The notes under the pieces are model-generated. The model did not search any database, was not told where the DNA came from, and worked only from the letters and a program-made list of their open reading frames with translations. Source: the human T2T-CHM13v2.0 reference genome, Homo sapiens. From it: DNA of 64,000 nt. The stretch is taken from the NCBI RefSeq assembly GCF_009914755.1, contig NC_060929.1; one strand, written 5' to 3'. This document shows positions 11,936 through 28,182 of the stretch, one piece after another. Numbering within the stretch: position 1 is the first letter of the stretch; each line of letters begins with the position of its first letter. A program made the position numbers and the translations under genes.

Positions 11936-12899
11936 TTACTTATTAATTTGTGTGCTTGTTTACTGACTGTCTCCTCAGGAGGGTAAGCTTCATGACAGCA
12001 AGAATCTTACATGTCTTGCTCACTGCTATATACATGGCACCTTGAGTAATGTCTGGCACATGTTTGGTGTTCTATAAATAAGTAGTTTAGTTATTGAATG
12101 AATGACTGAATCAATAGATATCTTCTAGGGATATGGCAAACATATAAAAACATTATTTTCTCTACTGATAATGAAAAAGGAGAATCACAAGTCCATGGAC
12201 TCTAACCAATGTACATAAAGCAATAGGACATTTAGGAAACTGGGTTTTACTTTACATTTCTAGGTTACTTTGAGCCGATTAAAAAAACACTTAATTTTTA
12301 AAATAGAGTAGCATTCCTTTAGCAATGTTTCTGTTAAATATTTAGGTGTACTAATATATTTATAAATATATTCTTGTATTATTGAAAGGTGGTAAATTTC
12401 TGGAATATTCTCAGAGTAGCATTATTTTTCATAAATATACACGTATATATTTTGTAATTTGATGTAAGTGGCAATACTTATAACATTTTTCTTGCACAAT
12501 TATTTTGTTTTCATTTTCAGTGACTCTTACTGGCATAATATAATTTATTATTTTCAGCATTTGTATCAAGTTATATTCAATCACTGTAAACTTTATTTGC
12601 ATGGTATAACTTAAGTTTTGTGTGATCTTAGTAGTTTTTCATAACAGGCTGAAGATGCAAAAATTCATCTTCAAGACCTGCCTTAAAGTTGTCATGAATA
12701 GTAATTGAATTCTAAACAAAATCAAATCTCTGAATAATACCAGCCCTGCAAATATTATCATTAGCTGAAAAAGTAATTTATTGATGTCTATAAAATGCAG
12801 ATTGGTATGCCAAAAGCCTCCAAATTCCATAAGAAATAAAAATGAGATTTAAGATAATATCCTTTGGTATTAGTATGTTAGGACTAATCTACACTAAAG

Positions 12900-13155
12900 T
12901 GAGGTAGATAAGAACATGAACCTTGATAAGTCTGAAAAATACAGGTTTGGATTCTGGTTCTGCAACTTTCTAATTATGAGGTATTGGGAAAGTTATTTCA
13001 CCTTACTAATTCTCAGTTTCCTCATATACAAAATGAGGATAATAATACTCCTCTCACAATGTTGTTGTGAGGATTAAACAAAAATACATGGAAAACTCTT
13101 AGCACAGAGTCTTACACATAGTAGGCACTAAATAATTGGAGGCTATGATTGTTAT
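12900..13155 (+). mobile_element. MIR SINE
   Basis: TCTCAGTTTCCTCATATACAAAATGAGGATAATAATAC..GTTGTGAGGATTAAA..ACATAGTAGGCAC. Confidence 0.85.
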
Positions 13156-13399
13156 TAGGTTGAAAATTTCTAGTCATATTTTAAATGAAATGTGAAGCAG
13201 ATTGACTAAAGTTTGGAGTCTGAATGAGTTTTACAGAAAAGCTCGAATAGAGTCCCTCTTTCATTGTCTTTGCCTGTTTTGAACTTTGGTAGTGTAGCCA
13301 ATTTTTTTTTTCCGTGTGCCACCACGTCCAGCTAAGAATATCTTTTTATAAAGTAGTCACATGTAGCAATATACAGTATTAGATTTTTGAAGATTATTA

Positions 13400-14150
13400 C
13401 ATTCATTCAATAAGTAATTTTAAGAACCAACTTTGCTTAAAATATATTTGAGAATAAAACACAGACAATACAAATTTTCTTGTACTATAGCAAGAAAGGC
13501 AAGACTTACTTAGGAGTAATTACAATACCAGTTATTTTCAGATAAAAACTGAGATTGGTGCAGAATGCTGTTCACATTCAAGAAAGGAAGATGGGATGTT
13601 TATGAAAATTTTAATGGAAGATATTCTATTAAACTGAGTGATATGGAGTAGGGCCCGCAGGAGAAAAGAACAACAAAAATAAAAATGGCACATGTATACA
13701 TATGTAACTAACCTGCACAATGTGCACATGTACCCTAAAACTTAAAGTATAATAAAAAAAATAAAAATGGAATAAAGATAAAGGGAAAGGTCAGCTTGGG
13801 GAAAGGTATTCTCAAATATGGGGGTGCTTAGGGGAATCAGATGCCACTGAAGCAAAGACCAAGAACCTGTTTCATTTTAATTGGCCAGGAGGAGCTCTTA
13901 TTGGTTATACTAAGTCAGAAGTTAATCTATTACAGTAGCAATGTGGAGAATAGGACATAGTGGAGAAAATTCAGGCAGGGTGAGCTGTTCCAAGGCAATT
14001 TTAATAGTCCTTTAATAAGGTAATAAGTTCCTAAACCAAGTGTGAAGGCAGTGGGCCTGGAAAAGAGAAAAAAATTATCTGGGATGTTGTGTCTGGTTGA
14101 ATGGATGGATGAAGAAATGGTAGCGTTCAAGAATAGTCTGTGAAATTAAA
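13400..14150 (-). mobile_element. Degenerate L2 fragments
   Basis: ATTCATTCAATAAG start and scattered L2-like purine-rich segments. Confidence 0.45.
13689..13756 (+). mobile_element. Ultra-short young L1 3' end (L1HS pre-Ta/L1PA2-type) with 14-bp TSD
   Basis: CACATGTATACATATGTAACTAACCTGCACAATGTGCACATGTACCCTAAAACTTAAAGTATAATAAAA; TSD AAAAATAAAAATGG at 13675-13688 and 13757-13770. Confidence 0.92.
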
Positions 14151-15262
14151 CTTCCACAATGAGAAAAATTTTTCCATAATTAGTAGTGAAAAGGAAATCA
14201 AGACACAAGGTTGGACTGAGGGCATGTATGATAAGATGAGTCAAGAGGTTAGCCAAATAATCTTTAGCAGATGCAAAAAACAAAGTTTATTTGATTAATA
14301 GTATAGTTAAAGTGGCTATTATTTGGAATTTAGCCTTGATAGCTAGATTCAACTGGTCTGGAACTTTGACTCAGAACGAACCACGTCTTTTTTTTTTTTA
14401 TGTAGCTTTTTCCTTAGTACACTCAGAGTCACACCTTTCTCCAGATACTCGTTATCCGGGAGATTAGACAGTGTTTGTTTATCTGCTATTGCAGAAAGTT
14501 CCATTTTTTAAGTGACTAACTTAAATCTCTATTTTGATCTTATTTCAATAATATAATTATTTTATCACTTAATATAATTATTGGTGACAAAATGTCTATA
14601 AATAAATGTTTCTAGCATCTTGGATCATTTGATCTGTTTGAGAATGCGGAATTGGGTATTTAAAAATTCACATGGATCTCCTAAAATTAGCTTTTGGGGA
14701 AGGAAATTTCTATGCATTTCTTAACCCAAATATAAAATTTTAAAGTTAGATTTGTGGATCTGAAGCAATGTAATTTATGTTTGGTTTATAGAGAACTAAG
14801 AAATGGGAACAACTTAAAAACTGTAACTTTCCATGTGGTTTGTGCTCACTGAGAAAGAATCTCTTGGCTAATTTGGGAAAAAAGAATGTTTAAATAAGGA
14901 AGTTAGAAGTAAATCAAAAATAACATTTGAATTTGAGAAGCCAGAAATGCCCACTTCCTTTAATTATAAAACTACTTCTGTTGACTATAAAGAATTGTAA
15001 ACATGCATTATGATGATGAGTTGCATTGTGTAGTCTGTTAGTGGTTCATTAGTGTCTCCATATTTGGACCCATTATTTGCAGCAGTATAAGTGTTCTGTG
15101 AGAATGTTGGAGAAATAGAAATCATCTTTCTGTCTCCTCTTATTTCTTTCCCTTTCTCCTCCTGTGTCTGCTAAATTGAATGGTTAATACTGTAACATTA
15201 TTCTTATTAAATTACTTACATAAAAGAAGGTAGGAATGGATAAAATTATTATTTCATTCCTT

Positions 15263-15716
15263 CTAAAAATTTTTTTATTTCCATAGGTTTTTGGGGACCA
15301 GGTGGTATTTGGTTACATCAGTAAGTTCTTTAGTAATGATTTGTAAGATTTTGGTGCACCCATCCCCTGAGCAGTATACACTGGACCCAATTTGTAGTCT
15401 TTTATCCCTCACCACCTTCCCACTCTTTCCCCCTGAGTCCCCAAATTCCATTGTATCATTCTTATGCCTTTGAATCCTCATAGCTTAGCTCCCACTTATG
15501 AGTGAGAAAATACAATGTTTGGTTTTCCATTCCTGAGTTACTTCACTTAGAATAATAATCACCAATCCCATCCAGGTTACTATGAATGCCTTTAATTCAT
15601 TCCTTTTTATGGCTGAGTAGTATTCCATTGTATATATACCACAGTTTCTTTATCCAGTCGTTGGTTGATGGGCTTTTGGGCTGGATCCACATTTTTCTGC
15701 AACTGCAAATTGTGTT
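15263..15716 (-). mobile_element. 5'-truncated L1PB1-like 3' end with TSD
   Basis: TTTCCATAGGTTTTTGGGG..CAGGTGGTATTTGGTTACAT diagnostic 3' end; TSD TTATTTCATTC(C/T)TT at 15249-15262 and 15717-15730. Confidence 0.88.
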
Positions 15717-16239
15717 TTATTTCATTCTTTTAATTAGTAATGAGGCCTTTTAAACAGGGCTTTTATTTGGGGGAGCTGGATTTATTCTGGATTTGTACAC
15801 TGGTGGTATTTCACATTCTAACATTTGACAAAATTGGTAACGATGTGAAGTTTTCTTGAAAAGTAGTTACAAAATTCTGGTGGGTCTTAGCATTTTACTG
15901 TAAATCTACAGTTGTTTCTGCTATTGTATTATCATGAATGGTGTCATTGCTCAGTGAATTCTTATTTTATTTATTTTTTTGTGCTTTTGCCTATATAATC
16001 TTCAAAGACAAGCCCAGACCTCTCCTTCTCCATGAGGCCTTATCCAATAATTCTGGTCCACACTGTTCTCTCTGTTATTTAAGAGAACAGTATGGACCAG
16101 AATGGTATGGTCTGTATCATATCATTTTCCTTTTGACTGCACACTTTATTGTATTACTCTTTGAGCATGTGGAAGACTCTTGAAGTACCACCTCCTGAAC
16201 CCCCATGATATATGTCTTCTGATGTTCATGCTCTTGTAT

Positions 16240-16620
16240 AATTTCTTCTCTTTAAGTGTGAGTGGTAACTGTGTTTTGCTACTAACAAATAGTATATGGA
16301 AAAGGTGATGGGTTGTTATTCCCTTGATTATGTTATGTTGTGTCAAACTCCATCTGGAATGAAGAATCACATTCCTAGAGCCACAAGGAAATAAATTATG
16401 CCAATAGCCTGAGTGAGCTTGGGAACAGGGTCTCCCTCAATTGAGCTTTCAGATGAGAAGGCAGTTTAATTAACATATTGGTTGCAGTTTTGTGTGACAA
16501 TAAGCAGCCTAGCCACTTAAACTATGCCTGAATTCCTGGCCCACAGAAACTGTGAGATAATAAATGAATGCTGTTTGAAGCTGCTTAGTTTGCATTAATT
16601 CATTACACAGTAATATATAG
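16240..16620 (+). mobile_element. MaLR LTR (MLT1D/E-like)
   Basis: GCCTGAGTGAGCTTGGGAACAG..CCTGGCCCACAGAAACTGTGAGATAATAAATG..TGTTTGAAGCTGCTTAGTTT. Confidence 0.75.
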
Positions 16621-16914
16621 AAAATACAGGCAAATCTTATTCTCCAAAGAAGGGTGGGAAGGCCTAAAGGACTGAAGTTCTTGGTATCTCAGGCAATATT
16701 ATGCTGTGTGTAGTAGATGACAGGCAAATACTTGTTAAATTTTTATCACATAATTGAATCTATTGGATACATATTGATCTTTTGAGGAGAGAGACCCTGT
16801 AATATTCATCTTTGTATCTCCTTTACCTGGCAGATGTCTAACACATCATTGGCACTGAACTATGTTGTGTCAATCAAGTCTTAGTCAGGGAGATATAACT
16901 ACTGTGTGTTATGG

Positions 16915-18316
16915 CATAAGTTAGCAAATGATAACTCACCAGTCAAATATGACCTACTACCTGTCTTTGTACAGCTTTTGAGCTAAGAGTGGTTTTTTTA
17001 CTTTTAAAAAAATCGACAAATAATAATTGTACATATTCATGGAGTACATAATGATGTCTTGATACATTTAATTCTGGTGATCAGACCAGGATAATTAGTA
17101 TATCCATCTATCATCTCAAATATTAATCATTTCCTTGTGTTGGAAACATTCAATATATCCCTTTTTGCTCTTTGAAATTATATATTGTTAACTATGGTCA
17201 TTCTACAGTGATATAGAATACAAAAAATCAAAATAATATTTCATGATGTGAAAATTATGAAATTCAAATTTCAGTGTCCATAAGTAAAGTGCTATTGGAG
17301 GGCAGCCACGTCCATTCATGTACATATTATTGATGGGTGTGTTCATGCTATAGTGGTAGAGTTTAGTGGTTGCAAGGGAAACCAAATGTATTGCTCTCAT
17401 TGGTTTGCCCTGCTGCCAATGGCAGGGATGCAATTATAACTGGACAGTGTTTCAATTGCCACCCATGTTGCCAGGTTGCAACATTTTGTTTGTTTTTAAT
17501 TACCACTGCATATTCACTGAGCCAAAACAAGAAAATTAGACGTTGGATATTGTCCTTTAAGGGCCTGTGGAATGTATATTATTTTGTGATCAAATTAGAT
17601 GGCAAAGCATTGTGGTTTCTGTGTAATAACACTATAGCTGTGCTAAGGCTACAATATGTATCAGCATTACGAGACTAAGTGCTCATTACAATATTTTCAA
17701 CTCAGGAATGCAATGGACAGAAAAATTAGAACATTTAAAATGAAATATCTCATCACAGAAGAATTTGTTCACAAAAATAAAATTGAAAATGAGTCTAAAA
17801 CCAAAGTGTCTGGGTGTTACATTTGTTGGCAAAGCAAGGAAAGCTGTTTAACAATGATGATTTAATTAAATGCTGTTTGACAATAGCAACTGAAGAAATG
17901 TGTTCACAGAAAATAACTGTTTAATACTACTAATTTTTTGACAAGAACAGTTCCTGAAAGAGTCAAGGACATTGGGAGCAACATCAACAGTCAATTAAAA
18001 AACAAGGCAAATGATTCTAATTGGTTTTCATTGGCTTTTGATAAGTCAATAGATGTTACTGATATTCCTCAGTTGCTTATTTGAAATAAATACCTAGTGA
18101 ATGCCAAGTTTAAAGTGGCTAAATAATGAACTATTGTTAGCAGTCTGTGGGACAACTGTAGATGAGCATATTTTCAAAGAAGTTGAGAAACACTTATTCA
18201 CTACAACTTGCAGTGGAATCTGCTAAGATGTGTTACATCTCATGGTGATAAAACACATGTGGATCAGAAAAAGAGTTGGACAAATGTACAAAATTTATTA
18301 AAAGGTAAGGTGTTTT
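16915..18316 (+). mobile_element. Cheshire/MER58B-type hAT-Charlie DNA transposon, with decayed transposase; right end missing
   Basis: MER58B-like left end (GAGCTAAGAGTGGTTTTTTAC..AAATTCAAATTTCAGTGTCCATAAG). Transposase remnants YFVIKLDGKAL, WFSLAFDKSIDVTDIPQLL (~18021-18080), LQWNLLRCVTSHG. Confidence 0.8.
17010..17221 (-). mobile_element. L1MA-type 3' end fragment inserted in the hAT element
   Basis: ATAATTGTACATATTCATGGAGTACA..ATCATCTCAAATATTAATCATTTCCTTGTGTTGG. Confidence 0.75.
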
Positions 18317-18427
18317 GCTTCCGTTCCAAGATGGCTGAATAGGAACAGCTCCAGTCTGCAGCTCCCAGCGTGATCAACGCAGAAGATGGGTGATCTCTGC
18401 ATTTTTGACTGAGGTACCTGGTTCATC

Positions 18428-18754
18428 TCATTGGGACTGGTTGGACAGTGGGTGCAGCCCACAGAGGGTGAGCCAAAGCAGGGAGGGGCGTTGCGTCACA
18501 CAGGAAGCACAAAGGCCAGGGGATTTCCCTTTCCTAGCCAAGGGAAGCCATGACAGACTGCACCTGGAAAACCAGCACACTTCTGCCCAAATACTGCACT
18601 TTTCCCATGGTCTTAGCAACTGGCAGACCAGGAGATTCTCTCCCATGCCTGGCTTGGTGGGTTCCATGCCCACAGAAACTTGCTCACTGCTAGTGCAGCA
18701 GTCTGAGATTGACCTGTGAGGCTGCAGTGAGATGGGGGGAGGGGCGTCCACCAT
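18428..18754 (-). CDS. ORF0: L1 ORF0 homologue (108 aa, open) in antisense 5'UTR
   Basis: MVDAPPP..ISDCC.. resembles L1 ORF0 (MAGAPPPASLPPCSLISDCC); ATG context GCAATGG. Expression unknown. Confidence 0.4.
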   Translation of the reverse strand: MVDAPPPISLQPHRSISDCCTSSEQVSVGMEPTKPGMGENLLVCQLLRPWEKCSIWAEVCWFSRCSLSWLPLARKGKSPGLCASCVTQRPSLLWLTLCGLHPLSNQSQ

Positions 18755-20167
18755 TGCTGAGGCTTGAGTAGGTAAACAAAGTGGCCTGGAAGCTCAAACT
18801 GGGCAAAGCCCACCACAGTTAAGCAATGCCTACTGTGTCCATAGACTCCACCTCTGTGGGCAGGGCATAGCTGAACAAAAGGTAGCAGACAACGTCTGCA
18901 GACTTAAATGTCCCTGTCTGACAGCTCTGAAGAGAGGAGTCGTTCTCCCAGCACAGCGTTTGAGTTCTGAGAACAGATAGTCTCCTCAAGTAGGTCCCTG
19001 ACCCCTGGGTATCCTAACTGGAAGACACCTCCCAGTAGGGGCTGAAAAACACCTCATATAGGCAGGTGCCCCTCTGAAACGAAGCTTCCAGAGGAAGGAT
19101 CAGGCAGCAATATTTGCTGTTCTGCAATGTTTGCTGTTCTGTAGTCTCCACTGGTGATACCCAGGGAAACAGCGTCTGGAGTAGACCTCCAGCAAACTCC
19201 AACAAACCTGCAGCTGAGGGACCTGACTGCTAGTAGGAAAACTAACAAACAGAAAGGAAGAGCATCGACATCAACAAAAAGGACATCCACACCAAAACCT
19301 CATCTGTAGGTCACCAACATCAAAGACCAAAGGTAGATAAAACCACCAAGGTGGGGAGAAGCCAGAGCAGAAAAGCTGAAAATTCTAAAAAGCAGAGCAC
19401 CTCTTTTCCTCCAAAGGATTGCAGCTCCTCACCAGCAATGGAAGAAAACTGGACGGAGAATGACTTTGACGAGTTGACAGAAGTAGGCTTCTGAAGGTTG
19501 GTAATAAAAAACCTCTCTCAGCTAAAGGAGCATGTTCTAACCCATCTCAAGGAAGCTAAAAACCCTGAAGAAAGGTTAGACGAATGGCTAACTAGAATAA
19601 ACAGTGGAGAGAAGACCTTAAATGACCTGATGGAGCTGAAAACCATGGCATGAGAACTTTGTGACGCATGCACAAGCTTCAACAGCTGATTTGATCAAGT
19701 GGAAGAAAGGATATCAGTGATTATCAAATTAATGAACTAAAGTGAGGAGACAAGATTAGAGAAAAAAGAGTAAAAAGAAATGAATTAAGCCTCCAAGAAT
19801 TATGGGACTATGTGAAAAGACAAAATCTACATTTGATAAGTGTACCTGAAAGTGATGTGGAGAATGGAGCCAAGTTGGAAAACACTCTTCAGGATATTAT
19901 CCAGGAGAACTTCCCCAATCTGGCAAGGCAGGTCAACTTCCAAATTCAGGAAATACAGAGAACACTACAAAGATACTCCTTGAGAAGAGCAACCCCAAGA
20001 CACATAATTGTGAGATTCACAAGGTTGAGAAGAAGTAAAAAATGTTAAGGGCAGTCAGAGAGAAAGGTCTGATTACTCACAAAGGGAAGCCCATCAGACT
20101 AACAGTAGACATCTCAGCAGAAACCCTACAAGCCAGAAGAGAGTGGGGGCCAATATTCAACATACTT

Positions 20168-23684
<3,517 letters not shown>

Positions 23685-25132
23685 AATATTCAATATTCTT
23701 AAAGAAAATAATTTTCAACCCAGAGTATAATATCCAGCCAAAATAATCTTCATAAGTGAGGGAGAAATAAAATCCTTTACAGACAAGCAAATGCTGAGAG
23801 ATTCTGTCACAGCCAGGCCTGCCTTACAAGAGCTCCTAAAGGAAGCACTAAACATGGAAAGGAACAACTGGTACCAGCCACTGCAGAAGCATGCCAAATT
23901 GTAAAGACCATCGGTGCTAGGAAGAAACTGCATCAATTAACGGGCAAAATAACTAGCTAACATCATAATGACGGGATTATTCACACATAAGAATAATAAC
24001 CTTAAATGTAAACCGGCTAAATGCCCCAATTAAAAGACACAGACTGGCAAATTGGATGAAGAGTCAAGACTCGTCAGTGTGCTGTATTCAGGAGAATCAT
24101 CTCACGTGCAGAGACACACATAGGCTCAAAATAAAGGGATGGAGGAAGATCTACCAAGCAAATGGAAAGCAAAAAAAAGCAGGGGTTGTAATCCTAGTCT
24201 CTGATAAAACAGACTTTAGCTAACAAAGATCAAAAGAGACAAGGCCATTACATAATGGTAAAGGGATCAATTCAACAAAAAGAGCTAAGTATGCTGAATA
24301 CATATGCACCCAATACAGGAACACCCAGATTCATAAATTAAGTCCTTAAGACCCACAAACAGACTGAGACTCCCACATAATAATAATGGGAGACTTTAAC
24401 ACCCCACTGTCAATATTAGACAGATCAACGAGACAGAAAGTTAACAAGGATATCCAGGACTTGAACTCAGCTCTGCACCAAGCTGACCTAATAGACATCT
24501 CCAGAACTCTCCACCCCAAATCAACAGAATATACATTCTTCTCAGCACCACATCACACTTATTCTAAAACTGACCACATAATTGGAAGTAAAGCACTCCT
24601 CAGAAAATGTAAAACAACAGAAGTCACATCAAACTGTCCCTCAGACCACAGTGCAATCAAATTAGAACTCAGGATTAAGAAACTCACTCAAAACCACACA
24701 CCTACATGGAAACTGAACAACCTGCTCCTGAATGACTATTGGGTAAATAAAAAAATGAAGGCAGAAATAAAGATGTTCTTTGAAACAAATGAGAACAAAG
24801 ACACAACATATCAGAATCTCTGGGTCACATTCAAAGCAGTGTGTAGAGGGAAACTTATAGCACTAAATGCCCAGAAGGGAAAGCAAGAAAGATCTAAAAT
24901 TGACACCCTAACATCACAATTAAAAGAACTAGAGAAGCAAGAGCAAACAAATTCAAAGGCTAGTAGAAGGCAAGAAATAACTAAGATCAGAGAAAAACTG
25001 AAACAGATAGAGACACAAAAAACCCTTCATAAAATCGATGCATCCAGGAGCTGCTTTTTTGAAAAGGTCAACAAAATAAATAGACTGCTAGCCAGACTAA
25101 TAAAGAAGAAAAGGAGAAAAATCAAATAGACG

Positions 25133-28100
25133 CAATTTTAGATCTTCCCTGCTTTCTCTTGTGGGCATTTAGTGCTATAAGTTTCCCTCTATACACTGCT
25201 TTAAATGTGTCCCAGAGATTTTGGTACACTGTGTCTTTGTTCTCATTTGTTTCAAAGAACATCTTTATTTCTGCCTTCATTTTGTTATTTACCCAGTAGT
25301 CATTCAGGAGCAGGTTGTTCAGTTTCCATGTAGGTATGTGGTTTTGAATGAGTTTCTTAATCCTGAGTTCTAGTTTGATAGCACTGTGGTCTGAGGGACA
25401 GTTTGTTGTGATTTCTGTTGTTTTACATTTTCTAAGGAGTGCTTTACTTCCAATTATGTGGTCAATTTTAGAATAAATGCGGTGTGGTGCTGAGAAGAAT
25501 GTATATTCTGTTGATTTGGGGTGGAGAGTTCTGTAGACGTCTATTAGTTCTGCTTGGTGCAGAGCTGAGTTCAAGCCCTGGATATCCTTGTTAACTTTCT
25601 GTCTCGTTGATCTGTCTAATATTGACAGTGAGGTGTTAAAGTCTCCCATTATTATTGTGTGGGAGTCTAAGTCTCTTTGTAGGTCACTACGGACTTGCTT
25701 TATGAATGTGGGTGCTCCTGCCTTGGGTGCATATATATTTAGGATAGTTAGCTCTTGTTGAATTGATCCCTTTACCATTATGTAATGGCCTTCTTTGTCT
25801 CTTTTGATCTTTGTTGGTTTAAAGTCTGTTTTATCCGAGACTAGGATTGCCACCCCTGTCTTGTTTTGTTTTCTATTTGCTTGGTAGATCTTCTCCATTC
25901 CTTTATTTTGAGCCTGTGTGTGTTTCTGCATGTGAGATGGGTCTCCTGAATAGAGCACACTGATGGGTCTTGACTCTTTATCCAATTTGCCAGTCTGTGT
26001 CTTTTAATTGGGACATTTAGCCCATTTACTTTTAAGGTTATTATCGTTATGTGTGAATAATCCTGTCATTATGATGTTAGCTAGTTATTTTGCCCGTTAA
26101 TTGATGCAGTTTCTTCCTAGCACTGATGATCTTTACAATTTGGCATGTTTTTGCAGTGGCTGGTACCAGTTGTTCCTTTCCATGTTTAGTGCTTCCTTTA
26201 AGAGCTCTTGTAAGGCAGGACTGGTTGTCACATAATCTCTCAGCATTTGCTTGTCTAAAGGATTTTATTTCTCCTTCACTTATGAAGCTTAATTTGGCTG
26301 GTTATGAAATTCTGGGTGAAAATTCTTTTCTTTAAGAATGTTGAATATTGGCCCCCACTCTCTTCTGGCTTGTAGGGTTTCTGCTGAGAGTCCACTGTTA
26401 GTCTGATGGGCTTTCCTTTGTGAGTAACACGACCTTTCTCTCTGGCTGCCCTTAACATTTTTTCCTTCATTTCCACCTTGGTGAGTCTGACAGTTATGTG
26501 TATTGGGGTTGCTCTTCTCAAGGAGTATCTTTGTGGTGTTCTCTGTATTTCCTGAATTTGAATGTTGGCCTGCCTTGCTAGGTTGGGGAAGTTCTCCTGG
26601 ATAGTATCCTGAAGAGTGTTTTCCAACTTGGTTCTATTCTCCACATTGCTTTCTGGTACACCTATCAAATGTAGATTTGTTCTTTTCACATAGTCCCATA
26701 TTTCTTGGAGGTTTTTTCATTACTTTTTACTCTTTTTTCTCTAACTTTGTCTTTTCACTTTATTTCATTAATTTTATCTTCAATCACATATAGGCTTTCT
26801 TTCACTTGATTGAATTGGCTATTGAAGCTTGTGGATGTGTCATGAAGTTCTCTTGCCATGGTTTTCATCTCCATCAGGTCATTTAAGGTCTTCTCTACAC
26901 TGTTTATTCTAGTTAACCATTTATTTAACCCTTTTTCAAGGCTTTTGCTTCCTCAAGATGGGTTAGAACATGCTCCTTTAGCTTAGAGGAGTTTCTTATC
27001 ACCAACCTTGTGAAGGCTACTTCTGTCAACTCGTCAAAGTCATTCTCCATCCAGCTTTCTTCTGTTGCTGGTGAGGAGCTGCGATCCTTTGGAGGAGAAG
27101 AAGCACTCTGGTTTTTAGAATTTTCAGCTTTTCTGTTCTGGTTTCTCCCCATCTTTGTTGTTTTTATCTACGTTTGGTCTTTGATGTCAGTGACCTACAG
27201 ATGGGGTTTTGTGTAGATGTCCTTTTCAGTGATGTTGGTGCTGTTTCTTTCTGTTTGTTAGCTTTCTTTGTAGCAGTCAGGTCCCTCATCTGCAGTTTTG
27301 TTGGAGTTTGCTGGAGGTCCACTCCAGACCTGTTTGCCTGGGAATCACGAGTGGAGGCTGCGGAAAAGCAAATATTTCAGAACAGCAAATATTGCTGCCT
27401 GGTCCTTCCTCTGGAAGCTTTGTCCTAGAGGGGCTCCCACCTATATGAGGTGTCTTTCAGCCCCTACTGGGAGAAGTCTCCCAGTTACCCTACATGGGGG
27501 TTAGGGACCCACTTGAGGAGGCAGTCTGTCCATTCTCAGAGCTCAAATGCTGTGCTGGGCAAACCACTCCTCTCTTCAGAGCTGTCAGACAGGGACGTTT
27601 AAATTTGCAGAATTTGTCTGCTGCCTTTTGTTCAGCTATGCCCTGCCCACAGAGTTGGAGTCTATAGGAGCAGAAGCCTTGCTAAGCTGTGGTGGGCTCT
27701 GCCCAGGTTGAGCTTCCTGGCTGCTTTGTTTACCTAGTCAAGCCTTAGCAATGCCAGACGACCCTCCCCCAGCCAGGCTGCCACCTTGCAGGTGGATCTC
27801 AGATTGCTGTGCTAGCAGTGAGCAAAGCTCTGTGGATATGGGACCTGCTGAGCCAGGCACGGGAGAGAATCTCCTTGTTTGCTGGTTGCTAAGACCTTGG
27901 GAAAAGTGCAATATTTGGGTGGGAGTGTCCCTTTTTTCAGGTACAGTCTGTCACAGCTTGTCTTGGCTAGGAGAGGGAAATCCCCTGACCCTTTGCACTT
28001 CCTGGGTGAGGTGATGCTCCACCCTGCTTTGGCTCACCCTCCATGGGCTGCACCCACTGTCCAAGCAGTCCCAATGAGATGAACCAGGTACCTCAGTTGG

Positions 28101-28182
28101 AAATGCAGAAATCACCTGTCTTCTGCATCGATCACGCTGGGAGCTGCAGACCGGAGGTGTTCCCATTTGGCCATCTTGTAAC
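25133..28182 (-). mobile_element. L1PA6-like 5' half (5'UTR, broken ORF1, ORF2 EN region); right arm of palindrome
   Basis: Minus strand starts GTTACAAGATGGCCAAATGGGAAC; ORF1 pieces 26925-27152 and 26276-26689; EN piece 25122-25985. Confidence 0.93.
27751..28014 (+). CDS. ORF0: L1 ORF0 homologue (87 aa, open)
   Basis: MPDDPPPARLPPCRWISDCCASS.. in antisense 5'UTR of the right arm. Confidence 0.35.
   Translation: MPDDPPPARLPPCRWISDCCASSEQSSVDMGPAEPGTGENLLVCWLLRPWEKCNIWVGVSLFSGTVCHSLSWLGEGNPLTLCTSWVR

Larger units (their letters stand above)
10420..12110 (+). mobile_element. L2 3' region, split by the L1 insertion at ~10796-11935
   Basis: L2 motifs on both sides (CTTCCCCTGACCACCC; GTAAGCTTCATGACAGCAAG..TGGCACATG..TGAATGAATGA tail). 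Confidence 0.75.

Noticed and set aside
17370-18300. Domesticated hAT transposase gene (GTF2IRD2/ZBED-like)
   Set aside because: Multiple stops and frameshifts, altered catalytic-region motifs, truncated; ordinary fossil.
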